Made by a program: the position numbers and the translations under genes. This document shows, one piece after another, positions 62,926 to 64,000 of a stretch of 64,000 nucleotides of DNA (positions are counted from its first letter, which is position 1; each line of letters begins with the position of its first letter). This stretch comes from Mytilus californianus (taxonomy: Eukaryota), in the NCBI RefSeq assembly GCF_021869535.1, contig NW_026262676.1:1798001-1862000 (forward strand). The letters run 5' to 3'. Under the pieces are notes generated by a model. That model ran no database searches. It was not told the origin of the DNA and saw only the letters and a program-made list of their open reading frames with translations.

Positions 62926-64000
62926 TGATTGATTGATTGATTGTTGTTTGCTTTACGCCGCATTAGCACAGAAAGGCTTTATCGCGGCGAGAGCTAATTC
63001 GAATATTATAACAATTTAAGGTATATTTTTAAAATCAGACAAAAAGTCTTTCAATAAACTAAAATTCTAGACTAAAGCAAATTGATTATTTACAAATAAA
63101 AATCAACACTAAGATAACGTGATAAAAATTAAAATCATTTTAAATATAACAACATTTTTTATATTTTATAATATATTCCAATTTCTTTTAAGAATGAAAC
63201 AATATTTGTAAATGGAATATTATTAAATAAATCATACATATTATTGACATTGAAATGCTTCTTCCGAATATCAGCAAAGTCAATACAATAAATTAAAACA
63301 TGTTTAATAGTATACTTGCAGTTGCAAGGTACACATTGTAGTTCATCTTCATTTTTTAAAAGATACTCGTGTGTCACTCTAGTATGACCAATTCGGCATC
63401 TAGAAATAACACACTGATTTTTTCTGCACATTAAATTATTAAAAGGTTTACCTAAATTAGGTTTAATTTCATGTTATTTGTTACTATCTCTCTTACTCCA
63501 TTCATTTTTCAAAATATTAAAAACATATTCTCTAATATTAGATTTAAAATCGGTATATGGTATATCACAGTTAGATAAAGTGTCACCCAGGGCATTCTTT
63601 GCCTCAAGGTCTACAGCTGTGTTTCCATGGATTCCAACATGACTCGGCACCCATAGAAATATTATTTCTTTAAGAAGAATTTTTAAATTCCTCATTACAT
63701 ATAAAATTTTGAGAATTGTTGGGTTTTTAATTTTAGTATTTTGTATAGCTTGTAAGCATGAAAGTGAATCAGAACATATAATAAATTTGGATTTATCTGA
63801 AGAAGCAATAAATTTCAAAGCCAAAATTATTGCTTCTACTTCAGCAGTAAAGATGGATGCAGCAGATGGCAAACGGAGAGTTGCAGCTCTGTCCCTGAAG
63901 ACAGCAGCAGATGCAACTCTGTCACCATCTTTTGATCCATCAGTATAGACAGTTGAAAAATCTGAATAATTGGCTTCAATTTCAGCATAGTGTTGCTTAA
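62926..64000 (-). mobile_element. I/Nimb-type LINE 3' end (RNase H, CCHC-like finger, 3' UTR, (CAAT)n tail)
   Basis: YTDGSK, SIFTAE, SDSLS, WVPSHVGIHGN, RCRIGHTR, C-x2-C...H-x4-C; a single in-frame stop at 63474-63476; continues beyond the window. Confidence 0.92.

Overview
AT-rich animal genomic DNA, most likely a bivalve of the Mytilus type (inferred from recalled repeat families, not from a database search). I found no complete host gene, rRNA, tRNA or CRISPR array; the window is a dense mosaic of mobile elements. Main contents: (1) an L1/Tx1-clade LINE split at a TA dinucleotide by a 5.45 kb TIR element carrying about 14 copies of a ~258 bp satellite; (2) about 18 copies or fragments of one (CAAT)n-tailed SINE with 12-14 bp TSDs and a structured head lacking Pol III A/B boxes; (3) the 3' part of an LTR retrotransposon with an extra intronless Zn-finger-like/TatD nuclease ORF between the pol tail and the PPT/LTR; (4) two minimal type I hammerhead ribozyme motifs and a weaker HDV-like candidate; (5) Helentron-type non-autonomous elements; (6) a nearly intact SAP-SWIM-YqaJ gene plus remnants of gypsy integrase, pogo, Zator-like and ISL2EU/Harbinger transposases, HECT, Ig, PC4 and His-Me domains; (7) a local duplication that preserves both the filled and the empty site of a SINE insertion; (8) the 3' end of an RNase H-bearing I/Nimb-type LINE whose tail resembles the SINE tail. 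All domain calls come from manual translation and motif recognition; no searches or folding programs were run.
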